56,614 nucleotides of DNA from a virus (taxonomy: Duplodnaviria; Caudoviricetes). A model generated the notes under the pieces. That model was not told the origin of the DNA. It did not search any database and saw only the letters and a list, made by a program, of their open reading frames with translations. This document shows, one piece after another, positions 15,201 through 24,767 of this stretch. The stretch spans positions 1-56,614 of the IMG/VR virus record IMGVR_UViG_3300030606_000008. One strand, given 5' to 3'. Both the position numbers and the translations under genes were made by a program. Every line of letters starts with the position of its first letter. The first letter of the stretch is position 1.

Positions 15201-15884
15201 ACTTCCCAAGTTGAGGAAATAGCCAGAAAAGCTCCTCAACTTGAGAAGAAGGGTGGAGTAGAGGACGCCCAACTCAAAGAGCAGTTAGGTTTTTCCGAGA
15301 CTCAAACTAGTGAGTTGACGACTCTTCGGGAGAATCAGACAGATCAGAACGAAGCCTCTCTTGCAGCCATCCAAGATGGGAACTCAGACATTTCAAGAGC
15401 CTTGGACAAGAACTACCGGTTCTACAAGACGGATTTCGAGAAGGACGTAGAGAGGGCGACACTTGCCGCTCTCCGTCAAGGTCTATACGAGTACTACCTC
15501 TACAGTGGCATAGAGGACAGGGGGCAGGTGGCAGAAGCTTTCAATCGTGTGGGAGCCGGGGAGGCTGCCAAGATGTTTGGGGAGACGTTCAAGGGAGGTG
15601 AGGGCGCCAACCTCGCAGACACTCTCAACCTCATCAAGGCCCCCGCTAATGCTGCGGGGGGGTTGGTCACGGGTACTCGTGGGGGGCTAGCCATGGTCAC
15701 CGCGGCTGCGGGAGAGGGGTTGGCTTCGGTGGGGGCAGGAGAACGCATCGTCCCTTCTGGTGGGGGGGCTTCTCCGATCCAGGTGGTCGTCAATGGGGTT
15801 GGGGGTCAGGACTTGGCGGTACTCATCAAGGGGAAGGTGGTTGAGGGTATTCGAGAGTACAAGCGGCGTGAGAAGTATCACTGA
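12285..15884 (+). CDS. Tape measure protein
   Basis: 1199 aa, helical, Ala/Gly/Lys/Glu-rich, with a hydrophobic GPILGMATSALVGIIKLF segment and a TMP-like C-terminal AAGGLV...GEG...GERIVP...IQVVVN motif; gene order fits. Confidence 0.8.
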   Translation: MPTNEDILNLGVEVDIRESLRAMERFQKEMVDALKTIASSSKEMGKTAEEASNRATEASEEQKEAVEEVADAYKGQNKAIIGLQATIKELKKLERQASGDEKKHIEEQIKLFENKMKVRRKVDRSSSKKKPKSEGVTSPRKTTEELRASLKEAGEELKRPLESFLSRDAKGLIEGSFKGIGSIFKGAITGLRLGGRGARDLALGARQSAGRVGAGVRTGFARGGVRGAMGGGLKAMGGETLKGLSGALKGLSKLGPILGMATSALVGIIKLFLDADSMVKDFNKSVLQSASNIEFLAGTQGNSQVASANMENALRGVADAAFDARFNLDWGITKDEHGAVLNVLTQEGVALGRLSQMAGHSRKGVEALSKTLVATGISYSRSLGVPLQEINQIQAEMITELGMSIDDTREAFSKISRSATESGIAANKFFGMIRGVSQDLSLWNFRMTEAIDLLGKLGKIMSPKTAQKFFQELSSGFKNMGSQELFQQTTYAGVGKVRKVVQEDIEVKQKKLAKDIAEAQGKATDTKFVADTLTKIQKGGYNAAFREIRNIAKVGGDTAQMGVFRERASQIQRQQTAMKRDDFGVAIASKDIQDMGGQLEIMESALSRFGGDIVEAYGSIGQVSTANALGKSLEQVDQMVALRMAVDAQREILMEEAKTQEERAKVANMTTEEVISKLDEGVKDQIKQVGMTSEDVQKEIRTLAKNQGAQTMSFMQKFEVLTDWFMHTFYETILGIWEAILSIPGVGNKEEKARVAALRGARGDAELTQVVNRGGDVKTGLANSQIMSDFIRALESREQLSKQRGAVDKEIGQLQEALSRTNEMDPQNAILEKQLETAKAQKDRLDTLFDGINDMSQKVARGFSDKALLESLQMDTGFSFGKGPDVNLKKELFQKDVQTQGFEAAAYKAGATTEQIAKALSKTVWSSDSEARKVDVFKGVSDDLKKLGLAKGSVAETGVARKAPKSEGAVRTTSQVEEIARKAPQLEKKGGVEDAQLKEQLGFSETQTSELTTLRENQTDQNEASLAAIQDGNSDISRALDKNYRFYKTDFEKDVERATLAALRQGLYEYYLYSGIEDRGQVAEAFNRVGAGEAAKMFGETFKGGEGANLADTLNLIKAPANAAGGLVTGTRGGLAMVTAAAGEGLASVGAGERIVPSGGGASPIQVVVNGVGGQDLAVLIKGKVVEGIREYKRREKYH

Positions 15885-16519
15885 TGCCTATCCACTCTGC
15901 CAACCCCGACTTCCAGAATGTCGCGACCCCTGGGTATGAGACTGGCTATTCTCACCCTTTGGACACCAAGATCAAGGGTATCCCCATGGCTTTCCAGGTC
16001 ACTAGTCCGTTCGACCAACGAAAGGTTTTGATGCCCCATGCTCTGGTTCTCCACGTAAACCCTGCGAACCTGAGTGAGAGCTACAACAAGAAGATTGAGA
16101 GGATTCAAACTAGGGGAGGTTGGGTCGAGCAGCATTGGGGGGACCAACTAACAGAAATTAGTGCAGACGGTTCGACCGGCGCGTTCATGAACGTCTTTAC
16201 TGGTTTGTCTTCTCTCCTGCGTCAAAGGACCATCGCTTGGGACAGGTATCGCGACCTCTACGACCTCTACTACAACAATGCGTCGGTCCACGACCCTTCT
16301 GGAAACGTCGTACTTCAGGGGAACATCATGCTACTGTACGACCGAGGGACGTACTTGGGAACCTTTAGGACGTTTGAGGTGGAGGAGACGGACGACTCCC
16401 CGTTTGCGTTCAAGTTGAATTGGACCTTCAAAGTGGAGCACACCATTTTGAGTATCTCTAGTTTGCGGTCGGCGGGTGAGGCTCCAAGATTTCAGAGGGA
16501 GAACACTTTGAGTGTCTGA
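15884..16519 (+). CDS. Tail tube initiator / distal-tail-like baseplate protein
   Basis: Follows the TMP gene; LHVNPANLSESY..IQTRGGWVEQHWG..ISADG and YLGTFRTFEVEE..PF..WTFKV pattern. Confidence 0.6.
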   Translation: MPIHSANPDFQNVATPGYETGYSHPLDTKIKGIPMAFQVTSPFDQRKVLMPHALVLHVNPANLSESYNKKIERIQTRGGWVEQHWGDQLTEISADGSTGAFMNVFTGLSSLLRQRTIAWDRYRDLYDLYYNNASVHDPSGNVVLQGNIMLLYDRGTYLGTFRTFEVEETDDSPFAFKLNWTFKVEHTILSISSLRSAGEAPRFQRENTLSV

Positions 16520-18557
16520 CCCTAGGAACAGAAACCCCGTGGGCTCGGGGATCCTCTCACAGATAGAGAAGACGTCGGACTACCACCCTCCGGGGAGGTA
16601 TTCTCTGGGAGGGGGATGGGACCCCAGTTTCTTGACTTTCTTCAAGGACCTGAGTGTCACGGCAGACCCTCAAACGGGGGGTTTCATTCCTCTGTCAGGG
16701 GCTGGGAAAAATCCTAAGAGGTTTGTGGTCGGGGTCTTACCCCCTATCCAAAACATCACGGGGAGAGTCCTAGACCGCTCTCAGACGGCTTCATTGATAG
16801 CCAACCCAGAAAACCCTTTCGAGAACTTGTCGGTCCCTACCTCCACACCAGAGGGTGTCGTAACCGCTCCAGGTTATCAGATGGCTACTGTGGAGGCGTC
16901 GGGGAGTTTTCGGTCAGCCCCAGACCCTGGTAATGATGCCTCCCTGTGTAATGACGGAGAACTAGCGTGGACTAACATCGATGGGAAAATGGTTGCCAAT
17001 GGTAAGGTAGATTCTAGAGGGGTACCTACTTCAGTTTGTTCACGTAGTTATTCCCCTGCCCAAGTCTACAGAGCTTTGGGGGAGGCCTATGTCAGGGTAC
17101 ATGGGGTAGAGCCTACTCCGGTCGAGCTGCAGTTCTACACAGCTCAATGCCTCCGAGAGACTTCTGGATTCCTTCAAAGTAACAACTTTGGTCAGATTGG
17201 AAATAGGGCAGAGCCTAATAGTTGCCCAGAATGTCTTCGAGAAACAAAGCCCTGTAGTTGCTCGGAGTATGCGGTCGAGTACTCTCATCGGGGGGGGACC
17301 CTCGTTCGGTATTTCAATTCCTATGCAACGTTGGAGGAGGGGTCTGATGCCTATGTGAGGCTCATTACGAAGCGTAACCCCAACGTGCGGGAGTCGGCTC
17401 GGAATGGGGACGCCCTAGGCTACGTTACGTCTCTAGCACAACAAGGCTATTTTCAGGAGCCCGTCTCAGTCTACTACCGGAACATGCCCAGGTACTTGGA
17501 CCGCGTGGCAAAGGACACGTCTAAGTACGGTATCAACCTTCCTTCCTCGAAGAGTATCCCCAATGAGGCTCCAGACGTGCCTGGGTTTGAGGAGGGCGTC
17601 CTCGACTATCAGGCTAGGGTAAAGGACTTGGGTCTTTCTGGGGAGGCGGCCTTGTTTCGCTTCAATGAAGGATCCCCCTATGGGGAAGGGGCCCTCCCTA
17701 CGAATAACCAGCCGGTATCTACGGACTCGACGTGGAAAGCTTCAGGGAGCAAAGCAGCTAAGGAAGCTACTAAGGACTTAGAAAAGAAGGCAGATACGGA
17801 CGTAGTATTTACTGAGGAGGGCGGGCGACTGATCGCGGCTCAAGTGGATCAGGCTCGTAAGGCCCAAGCTGTCTTGAAGGCGATGGCCAGCACTCCTCCT
17901 TTGAGACTACTCGTCAATCCCAACAAGTTCTCGGTCAAGTCTCAGAAGATCGTCTCGGATGGGAATTGGACTCGGAACGGGCCGGTCATCGAGTTTTGGG
18001 GGGATGACCAGGATAAAATTAGTGGATCGGGACAGGTCGCAGCTTTCTACTCGGTGAAAACCAACCCTACTTTGGGGGAGGGTGGTCCAGGTCTTTCTAG
18101 AGCCGCGCGTAACCACAGTCAGGCTTGGCAGAACATCCAGTCCCTGTGGCTTCTCTACAAGAACAACGGGGCTCTCTACCTGCAAAACCTCAGCCAGGAG
18201 GAGCGCGACTACGTCTTATCGACGGTGGGGAGCATCTATATCCTCTATGACAACATCTTGTACATCGGGAGCTTCGACAGTTTCAACTTGAGCGAGACAG
18301 ACACCAAACCGTTTACGGCTGAGTACAGCTTCGAGTTCACGGTTCGAGCAGCTTTCATGCTGGAGTTCCCCAACGACTTCAACTACGGGGCTCCAGTGAC
18401 ACTCACAGAGCGTAGGGCCGCGATCCCAGTTGAGCGCTCGACCTATGACCGAGAGAGTGGGGGGGCCGTGGGACTTCCTGGGGCCGTGAGTCTTCCCCCA
18501 GAGAATCGGTCGACTGGGACTTCGGCTAGTCAGCAGGAAAGCGCGTCCGATGGCTAG
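16512..18557 (+). CDS. Baseplate protein with a central GH73/glucosaminidase-like peptidoglycan hydrolase domain and a C-terminal domain paralogous to 15884-16519
   Basis: AQCLRETSG..NNFGQIG..YFNSYATLEEGSDAYVRLI..YVTSLAQQGYFQEP resembles FlgJ/GH73. The C-terminal LLVNPNKF..EFWGDDQDKISGSG..YIGSFDSFNLSETDTKPF aligns with the upstream gene. Confidence 0.6.
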   Translation: MSDPRNRNPVGSGILSQIEKTSDYHPPGRYSLGGGWDPSFLTFFKDLSVTADPQTGGFIPLSGAGKNPKRFVVGVLPPIQNITGRVLDRSQTASLIANPENPFENLSVPTSTPEGVVTAPGYQMATVEASGSFRSAPDPGNDASLCNDGELAWTNIDGKMVANGKVDSRGVPTSVCSRSYSPAQVYRALGEAYVRVHGVEPTPVELQFYTAQCLRETSGFLQSNNFGQIGNRAEPNSCPECLRETKPCSCSEYAVEYSHRGGTLVRYFNSYATLEEGSDAYVRLITKRNPNVRESARNGDALGYVTSLAQQGYFQEPVSVYYRNMPRYLDRVAKDTSKYGINLPSSKSIPNEAPDVPGFEEGVLDYQARVKDLGLSGEAALFRFNEGSPYGEGALPTNNQPVSTDSTWKASGSKAAKEATKDLEKKADTDVVFTEEGGRLIAAQVDQARKAQAVLKAMASTPPLRLLVNPNKFSVKSQKIVSDGNWTRNGPVIEFWGDDQDKISGSGQVAAFYSVKTNPTLGEGGPGLSRAARNHSQAWQNIQSLWLLYKNNGALYLQNLSQEERDYVLSTVGSIYILYDNILYIGSFDSFNLSETDTKPFTAEYSFEFTVRAAFMLEFPNDFNYGAPVTLTERRAAIPVERSTYDRESGGAVGLPGAVSLPPENRSTGTSASQQESASDG

Positions 18558-21500
18558 AGGACCTTTTCAAGGGACGTGGAAAGCCGGGGTACGGCCCACT
18601 GTCGTGACCGCGCCCGATGCCATTGTCTATATCAATGGTCAGCCGGACATGATTACCTGTGGGAATTGCAAACGACGGTTCGACATCAACAAGTACATCA
18701 CGAGTGTGCAGGTTGACTTGAATGTCGACAATGCTCCTGGGACAGCCAACATCAATCTCAGTATCCCGAGGCATACCATCGACGACTTCATGTTTGAGGG
18801 GGAAGCCATCGTAGTCCCGATGATGGAAGTAGAGGTCTTCGCCAAAGGTTACTACCTGGTAGAGGGTCTCCCCCAGTACTATCCCATTTTTTGGGGGTTG
18901 GTAACAGAAACGAGCGACAGCTATTCTGGAGGGGAGCATACTTTCAGCATCAACTGTGCCGACATTCTAAAGTGGTGGGAGTTGTGTCGCATGAACGTCA
19001 ACCCGGCCTACGAACAACCTGCAGGTCAGCTGGGGAAGAATTACACCACGGGAAATGTTTTTCATGGGGCCAACGTCTACGACGTCATCTGGACGTTAGC
19101 TCAACAGGCATTTGGAGACGTAATTCACGCTACGGGGTCTCTCACTAGTTTGATCAAAGAGAAACAGCAGAGGGACACGTTTGCTAGAGCTCTCTCGGAC
19201 ATGATGGGCTATTGGAGCCAACGCTTTGGTCAGGTTCGGTCCAACCTCTTACTTTACGGGACTAGAGGTACGGCCGTTCGGGGAGACGTCCTCTATGAGT
19301 CACTACCGACGAAGGGGGGACGAGGAATAGCAAACTACGCCTCTGCCGCGGTTCGGAAGGCGAATGGTGGGGACAACGGGAGCCAACTCCTGTTCAGTCC
19401 CGACTCGGTCACACCTTTTCGGTCCGACATCGCCAATGCGGCTCAACCCAACTTTTGGCAGAGTACGTTTCAGACTAAACTAGAAGTAGCCAACATTTGC
19501 AAAGAGGCCGTAGGGTTCGAGTTCTTCATGGACGTCACGGGAGACATCGTATTCAAGCCCCCGTTTTACAACCTGGACGTCCTCTCGAACAAGCCCGTTT
19601 CTTGGATTCAAGACATCGATATAATAGACTGGGATTTTTCGGAGTCCGAAGCCGAAGTAGTTACCCACCTTCAGATACAGGGTTCTTATGAAGGTGGGGC
19701 GATGGACATGGGCATCACTGCTGACTACAATACCCCCTATACTCAAGTCATAGACTACCATTTGTTGAGGAAGTATGGGTGGCGGCCAGAGACTTACAAC
19801 GCCGAGTACCTCAACGACCCCTACGCTATGTTTTGGGTGGGGGTAGACGTCTTGGATAGGATGAATGCCCGGAGGCATCGAGCAACGGTCAACATCCCGT
19901 TGAGGCCGGAGTTGAGGTTGGGTTTTCCAATCTACGTCGCCCCCAAAGACCAGATCTGGTACATCCAGGGTATCAGCCACAACATCCAATTTGGAGGGAG
20001 AGCTCAGACGACGCTGACTTTGACAGCCAAACGTAACAAGTTCATAGCTCCCAGGGGGATTGGGAGCTTAGAGTTGGTTGGGTACAAGACCCCTGCTGAA
20101 GAAAAGGGCAAGGAGCAGAGTGAGCAAGTCCAGACGAAACCCAACAAGCCCTCGACGAAGCAGCTGAGTCAGACGGGTACGTTCAAGGTGAAGATCGGGG
20201 ACGCAGCAGAGATTCCTCGACGGGTGCTCTCCAATGAGGTGACGAACGACCCCTACGCCCCACTAGTCCTGCGCCACCCAAAAACTGGGCGTGTCGTGGG
20301 TTACCCCAATGTCGTCATGGCTTACCTGAGACCCTACCAGCCAACTAAGGCAGAGGCCAAAAAAGCTTTGGGTCAATCCGTTTCGGGGAAGCGGGGGGGT
20401 AAGAAGATTCGAAAGAGGGAGGGGAAGGAAGCCGACGAGCAAAATTTGGGTAAAATTTTGGAGGGGTACACACAGAATACTGAACGAGACCTAGTAGACA
20501 AGCACCTCAGCAACCGCTACACCTTCGGATTGACTTCGGCGGGGTCGTACACGTACGTCCACGACTCTTCGGACGTAATCCAAGAGCTAGTTATCATCGA
20601 AGCGTCCAAGATTGAATTAGAGGGGGAGAGTGCCTCGAAGAGGTTGGGCAAGACTACGGTCATTCGACCGGTTTCGGACGAGCGGGGTTTCGAGCTCGTA
20701 GGTCAATTCCGCTACGGGAGGGGGGTAGCCTTGAGGGATGGGTCGCTGGTCTTGACAGAGGGAGACGGCCTCAACGCGAGAGCTGCAGTGAGTACCCAGT
20801 TAGCCCTATCCGGGGGTCTCTACGAGTCCCTCACGGCACAGTCGGCGGGAGTTACGACAGCCGTCGACAAGGCGGCTAATCCCGCTGACTCTTTGATGAG
20901 AATGCAGCCAGAAGACCTTCAGACTGCGGGTACCATCAACCCTGAGACGAGGTCCCCCGAGTTCTCCACGACCAAACCCAACTTTGTCGACGTAGCTCCT
21001 CTTGGGTCGGTTGAAAACCAAGGGGTCGCCGTCAATGTGGAAGCCTCACAGCTCTCTCGTGCTTTGACGTTGACTGAGATGCGGGTAAAGGACGGTCTCG
21101 ACACGGATGTGGACGCCCTCTGTAACTGCCTTCTAGGGAGGTCGGACCTGGCCTTCATCAACGTCGGGTATCAGGTGAAGTTCCTGACAGGGACTGCCCC
21201 TGACAACACGACGGGGGGGTCTACGTCGACTGGGACGGGGTCTCCCCGATCAGCGGAGCTAGAACGCCTCTGGGCCCAACTAGACACCATCACCGAGGAG
21301 CTGGGAACTACTTCCACCTTACGAGAGTTTAGTGAGGAGTACAGGGAGGTGAGCGCCAAGATAGCGGCCTTAGAGCAGGAGTTTTACTCGGAGTCTGAGC
21401 TGGGGGCTCCCGTATCAGCAGCGACGTTCGCCCCTTCCGCTTCCACTATCTCGAACCGAGTAGAGTACTTTCTCGCGGACTTGTACGCGGCCTTGGACAC

Positions 21501-21948
21501 CCCCCACCAAGAGTTGGAAAAGGCTATTCGAGGAGGCTTTCTGCCTATCACGAGTCGAGAGGAGGCTTTGGGTGAACCCGGGGCCACCCCTCCCAGAAGT
21601 CCACTATCTCCCCCATTTTCAGCCATTGGAAGAGCTCAGGGAGGGGACCCGGCTGCTCTAGCTCTACAGGGGTCTCAGGCCTTGAACGGCATGGCTGAAG
21701 CTTGGCAGGAATTCGGGGAAAGTCTTCAGAAGAATCCCAAGCGCGCAGCCCTCGAGGGTGAGATCGAGCGCCTGGAGAAGAACATCCTGGACTTGAACGC
21801 AGAGGAGCTGCGTCTAGACCAGGGGAACAACATACAAGGGATCCCCGACCCCTCGGAGAGACTCCGCACTCTACGCGAGAACCGGACGAAGTTGGAGCGA
21901 GACCTGGCGAACGTCAAAGGCCGCTTGAACAAGCTGAACAATGGCTAA
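18550..21948 (+). CDS. Baseplate hub protein (gp27/gpD-like) with long C-terminal extension
   Basis: DINKYITSVQVDLNVDNAPGTANINL; FEFFMDVTGDIVFKPPFY; LLRKYGWR; ATVNIPLRPELRLGFPI..WYIQGISHNI..TTLTLT. C-terminal coiled coil. Confidence 0.7.
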   Translation: MARGPFQGTWKAGVRPTVVTAPDAIVYINGQPDMITCGNCKRRFDINKYITSVQVDLNVDNAPGTANINLSIPRHTIDDFMFEGEAIVVPMMEVEVFAKGYYLVEGLPQYYPIFWGLVTETSDSYSGGEHTFSINCADILKWWELCRMNVNPAYEQPAGQLGKNYTTGNVFHGANVYDVIWTLAQQAFGDVIHATGSLTSLIKEKQQRDTFARALSDMMGYWSQRFGQVRSNLLLYGTRGTAVRGDVLYESLPTKGGRGIANYASAAVRKANGGDNGSQLLFSPDSVTPFRSDIANAAQPNFWQSTFQTKLEVANICKEAVGFEFFMDVTGDIVFKPPFYNLDVLSNKPVSWIQDIDIIDWDFSESEAEVVTHLQIQGSYEGGAMDMGITADYNTPYTQVIDYHLLRKYGWRPETYNAEYLNDPYAMFWVGVDVLDRMNARRHRATVNIPLRPELRLGFPIYVAPKDQIWYIQGISHNIQFGGRAQTTLTLTAKRNKFIAPRGIGSLELVGYKTPAEEKGKEQSEQVQTKPNKPSTKQLSQTGTFKVKIGDAAEIPRRVLSNEVTNDPYAPLVLRHPKTGRVVGYPNVVMAYLRPYQPTKAEAKKALGQSVSGKRGGKKIRKREGKEADEQNLGKILEGYTQNTERDLVDKHLSNRYTFGLTSAGSYTYVHDSSDVIQELVIIEASKIELEGESASKRLGKTTVIRPVSDERGFELVGQFRYGRGVALRDGSLVLTEGDGLNARAAVSTQLALSGGLYESLTAQSAGVTTAVDKAANPADSLMRMQPEDLQTAGTINPETRSPEFSTTKPNFVDVAPLGSVENQGVAVNVEASQLSRALTLTEMRVKDGLDTDVDALCNCLLGRSDLAFINVGYQVKFLTGTAPDNTTGGSTSTGTGSPRSAELERLWAQLDTITEELGTTSTLREFSEEYREVSAKIAALEQEFYSESELGAPVSAATFAPSASTISNRVEYFLADLYAALDTPHQELEKAIRGGFLPITSREEALGEPGATPPRSPLSPPFSAIGRAQGGDPAALALQGSQALNGMAEAWQEFGESLQKNPKRAALEGEIERLEKNILDLNAEELRLDQGNNIQGIPDPSERLRTLRENRTKLERDLANVKGRLNKLNNG

Positions 21949-24127
21949 CGCGAATACAGACTTGGTAGGACACACCCCTGGGAGTCAGTTCTCCAGTGAT
22001 GACTACGGCATCAAGGTAGCTGTCGTCCAGAGGGTGGACGAGGTCAACTTTACAGCAGACCTAAAGGTACTGACGGGGTCAGTCTCCGAGCGCTTCGAGA
22101 TCAAGCTGACACAAGCCATGTTCGGTCCCCGTAGTTTTTGGGGAGGCATCCCGGAGGTCAATTCTCTGGTCGTCATAGGGTATCGACGTATCCAGAGTAA
22201 GCTCCGCGAAGCCACCATCCTGGGGTACCTACCGACCGCCATACGGTCTAGTTTGCGCTTCGACCCCGTCTCAGCGGATGACCCCAGGGAAATAGACCCA
22301 TCCCAAGTCGGTACTTTCGAGAGCTTGTTCGGGCCCACGACACGGTTCAAACGCCTAAACCTACGTCCCGGCGACGTAGGAGGGATGTCTTCTGCGGGAG
22401 CAGAACTCGTCCTCTCCTCTGACTATCGGGCCTGTAATCGTGCAGGAGACCTCCTGGAGTTGAGGGACTCGGACAGGACTCTTGTTTCCTCGTCCATACA
22501 CAGCATTACGACGACCTCGGGGGTGCGGGGGTTGTCTGGACCCGTACGTCGTGGTGCCTTCTTCTTACCGGAAGACATCTTCGAGGGGGACGGGATCACC
22601 CTCAAGTCGGACTCCAGTAGCCCCAACCCCTACTACGGTAGAGAGGAGCTGCAAGCCGCTGGTCCTGGAGCGGTCGATGGGGAGGAGCCTAGATTTGCAC
22701 TGTCTAGTGGACGAGTCTTAGACATCTTCAACGACTTCAGTAGCTACCCTGCCACCATCTACTCGAATGGCAGGAAGGTTCACTACCCCCCAACCATTCG
22801 GGGGGCCTCAATTGACGATGAAAAGGAATTTGCAGACGCTTTCGTCGAGAAGAGAGTCGAACTCAGTCACACGACAGACTTGACGCAGGAGGTCCTCGAG
22901 GAAATCGATGGTTTCTCCATGGACCGCAGGCTCCCCTACATCGAGCAGGTTCTCGGAACGGTCGTGGGAAACTCCCTCAATTCTACGAGAGACCAGCGTC
23001 AATACGGTCAAGTTCTCAAGCCTACTTTGTTCGAGGACTTCGACTCGAGAAAACCTGGGAAGTTCGAGTTGGAGGTCGTCGACCGAAAACCCACCGCTCC
23101 GGACGACGAGGTCAACACCCTAGCGGGAGCGAGCCTTTTTCGGATTCGGCCCCCTACGGGGTTGAACGGGGCTGACAACCCCTTCGTTGCAGCGGTGAGC
23201 AAGCAGGGGAAGTTCTTTTTGAACGTCCCGGGGTCCTCGTTCGAGACCTACCCCAGCGGTACCAAGAACATCTCGGCAGAGGTCAGTTTGCAAGGGGCCC
23301 TCAAAGCTTACCTCGGGGCTGCCAGTTCCAACAGGGTTTCAGCTCACATCACGTGTGCAGGAGGTGTTCATCTAGACATTGGTAGGGATGCCGCGGGTAA
23401 CGCGGTTACAGTTCAATACCACTCTGGCGTCAAGACGATTGCTGACGGCAACCCCAACGCCGATGGGGTTGCCTCCGATGAGGAAATTCGAGGGACCAAG
23501 CGACTGAAAGTCAGTGGTAAACATGAGAACCTGGTCGAAGGTACCAAGTTGGACACTGTCAGTGGTCTCTATCAAACCAAGGCAGACCGGTACAACCTGA
23601 ACGCGTTCAGTGGGGTCAGTATCAACGCGGGTGAGATGAACCAGATGATCTCGGGTTCGTCTCAATACAACCATGCCGACCAGGTACTGGAGAACATTGC
23701 TCTGGGGGGTAAAGTCTCTACCATTTTGGCGGGGGGGTTGACTCAAACAGTCGTGGCAGGGGCCATCACGTACACGGCGTCGGCGGGAACTACTGCGTTC
23801 AACAACCCGGCGGGAGCTTTCAACGTCGTAGTAGGTACGGGGGCGCTGAGCATGACGGTGGCGAGTGGAGCCGTGACACTGTCGACCGCAGCGGGAGCCG
23901 TGTCCATCAGTGCGGCTACGGGGGCCGTGTCGGTCGCGGCGGGTCTGGCCCTCAACCTCACAGCTGGGACTACCATCAATCTGGTCGCCCCCCAGTATTT
24001 GGTAGGTGGCCCCGCAGCGACTTTAGGGGTGAGTAGGGGGCTTCCCATTCTACCTCCCGGCTCCCCGTCATTGGACTACATCACCAACGCACCCCTGCAG
24101 GGGAGTGCCGTCTTTCGCTCGGTTTGA
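21941..24127 (+). CDS. Central spike protein (gp5/gpV/VgrG-like)
   Basis: N-terminal OB-fold-like region (VAVVQRVDEV..GGIPEVNSLVVIGY) and a C-terminal beta-helix of small-residue repeats (GAVTLSTAAGAVSISAATGAVSV). Confidence 0.7.
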   Translation: MANANTDLVGHTPGSQFSSDDYGIKVAVVQRVDEVNFTADLKVLTGSVSERFEIKLTQAMFGPRSFWGGIPEVNSLVVIGYRRIQSKLREATILGYLPTAIRSSLRFDPVSADDPREIDPSQVGTFESLFGPTTRFKRLNLRPGDVGGMSSAGAELVLSSDYRACNRAGDLLELRDSDRTLVSSSIHSITTTSGVRGLSGPVRRGAFFLPEDIFEGDGITLKSDSSSPNPYYGREELQAAGPGAVDGEEPRFALSSGRVLDIFNDFSSYPATIYSNGRKVHYPPTIRGASIDDEKEFADAFVEKRVELSHTTDLTQEVLEEIDGFSMDRRLPYIEQVLGTVVGNSLNSTRDQRQYGQVLKPTLFEDFDSRKPGKFELEVVDRKPTAPDDEVNTLAGASLFRIRPPTGLNGADNPFVAAVSKQGKFFLNVPGSSFETYPSGTKNISAEVSLQGALKAYLGAASSNRVSAHITCAGGVHLDIGRDAAGNAVTVQYHSGVKTIADGNPNADGVASDEEIRGTKRLKVSGKHENLVEGTKLDTVSGLYQTKADRYNLNAFSGVSINAGEMNQMISGSSQYNHADQVLENIALGGKVSTILAGGLTQTVVAGAITYTASAGTTAFNNPAGAFNVVVGTGALSMTVASGAVTLSTAAGAVSISAATGAVSVAAGLALNLTAGTTINLVAPQYLVGGPAATLGVSRGLPILPPGSPSLDYITNAPLQGSAVFRSV

Positions 24128-24134
24128 TTAAAAA

Positions 24135-24704
24135 ATGCCTGTCACGGTAGTCCAAACAGTCTCCATCATGGTCCCCAGTTTGGCTGGAGTGACTTTTATT
24201 GGATACAAGACTCCAGACTGGTCCAGAGGTTTGGGTGTGGGGTTGTCTACCTGGACCCCCACCATCGTAATCAATACGAAAGACGCCGGTACCGCGGGGG
24301 CAGGTAAGGGCACCCCCATGCCTATTACGCTGTCCCCAACACTCAGGTCCAACTTGGTCTCTAGCTTTCGAGGGCAGGGGCTGATCGGGACTTCCATGCC
24401 CATTTTCGTGACGGCTTTGGCGTCGGGTTTGCGGGCCCTGTACCTACAAACAGTAACGAATACGATCCATACCGGGGTCGCTGTGGGGACGGGGGTAGCC
24501 ACGTTCGTTCCAACAGCAGCGGTGTCTCACTTAGTTCGGGGATTTACCTCGGTAGGAATGACGGGAGAGGGGCCTACCAAGATGGCGTCTGCCATCGCGT
24601 CAGGACTAGAGACTACTTTTCGTGCGATGACTTTGACCCAGCCCATCGTTGGTCCGGCCAACTCGTCGACAGCGGTTGGGACGGGGACGGGCAGCATTGT
24701 GTGA
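24135..24704 (+). CDS. Small virion protein downstream of the spike gene
   Basis: 189 aa, Gly/Thr/Ala-rich, with an internal duplication (SSFRGQGLIG / RGFTSVGMTG). Confidence 0.65.
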   Translation: MPVTVVQTVSIMVPSLAGVTFIGYKTPDWSRGLGVGLSTWTPTIVINTKDAGTAGAGKGTPMPITLSPTLRSNLVSSFRGQGLIGTSMPIFVTALASGLRALYLQTVTNTIHTGVAVGTGVATFVPTAAVSHLVRGFTSVGMTGEGPTKMASAIASGLETTFRAMTLTQPIVGPANSSTAVGTGTGSIV

Positions 24705-24767
24705 AAAAGCATTGATTATCGGGCCCATAGTGCAGGGTCTAAAACTCTGCAAAAGATGGAGACCCAG

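Noticed and set aside
19864-19882. AATGCCCGGAGGCATCGAG matches the reverse-complement repeat hairpin at 16/19
   Set aside because: Only 12 nt are contiguous, it is antisense to the hub mRNA, it lacks the 8-nt tag and it lies in ordinary coding sequence (NARRHR). A match of this size is plausible by chance in 56 kb.
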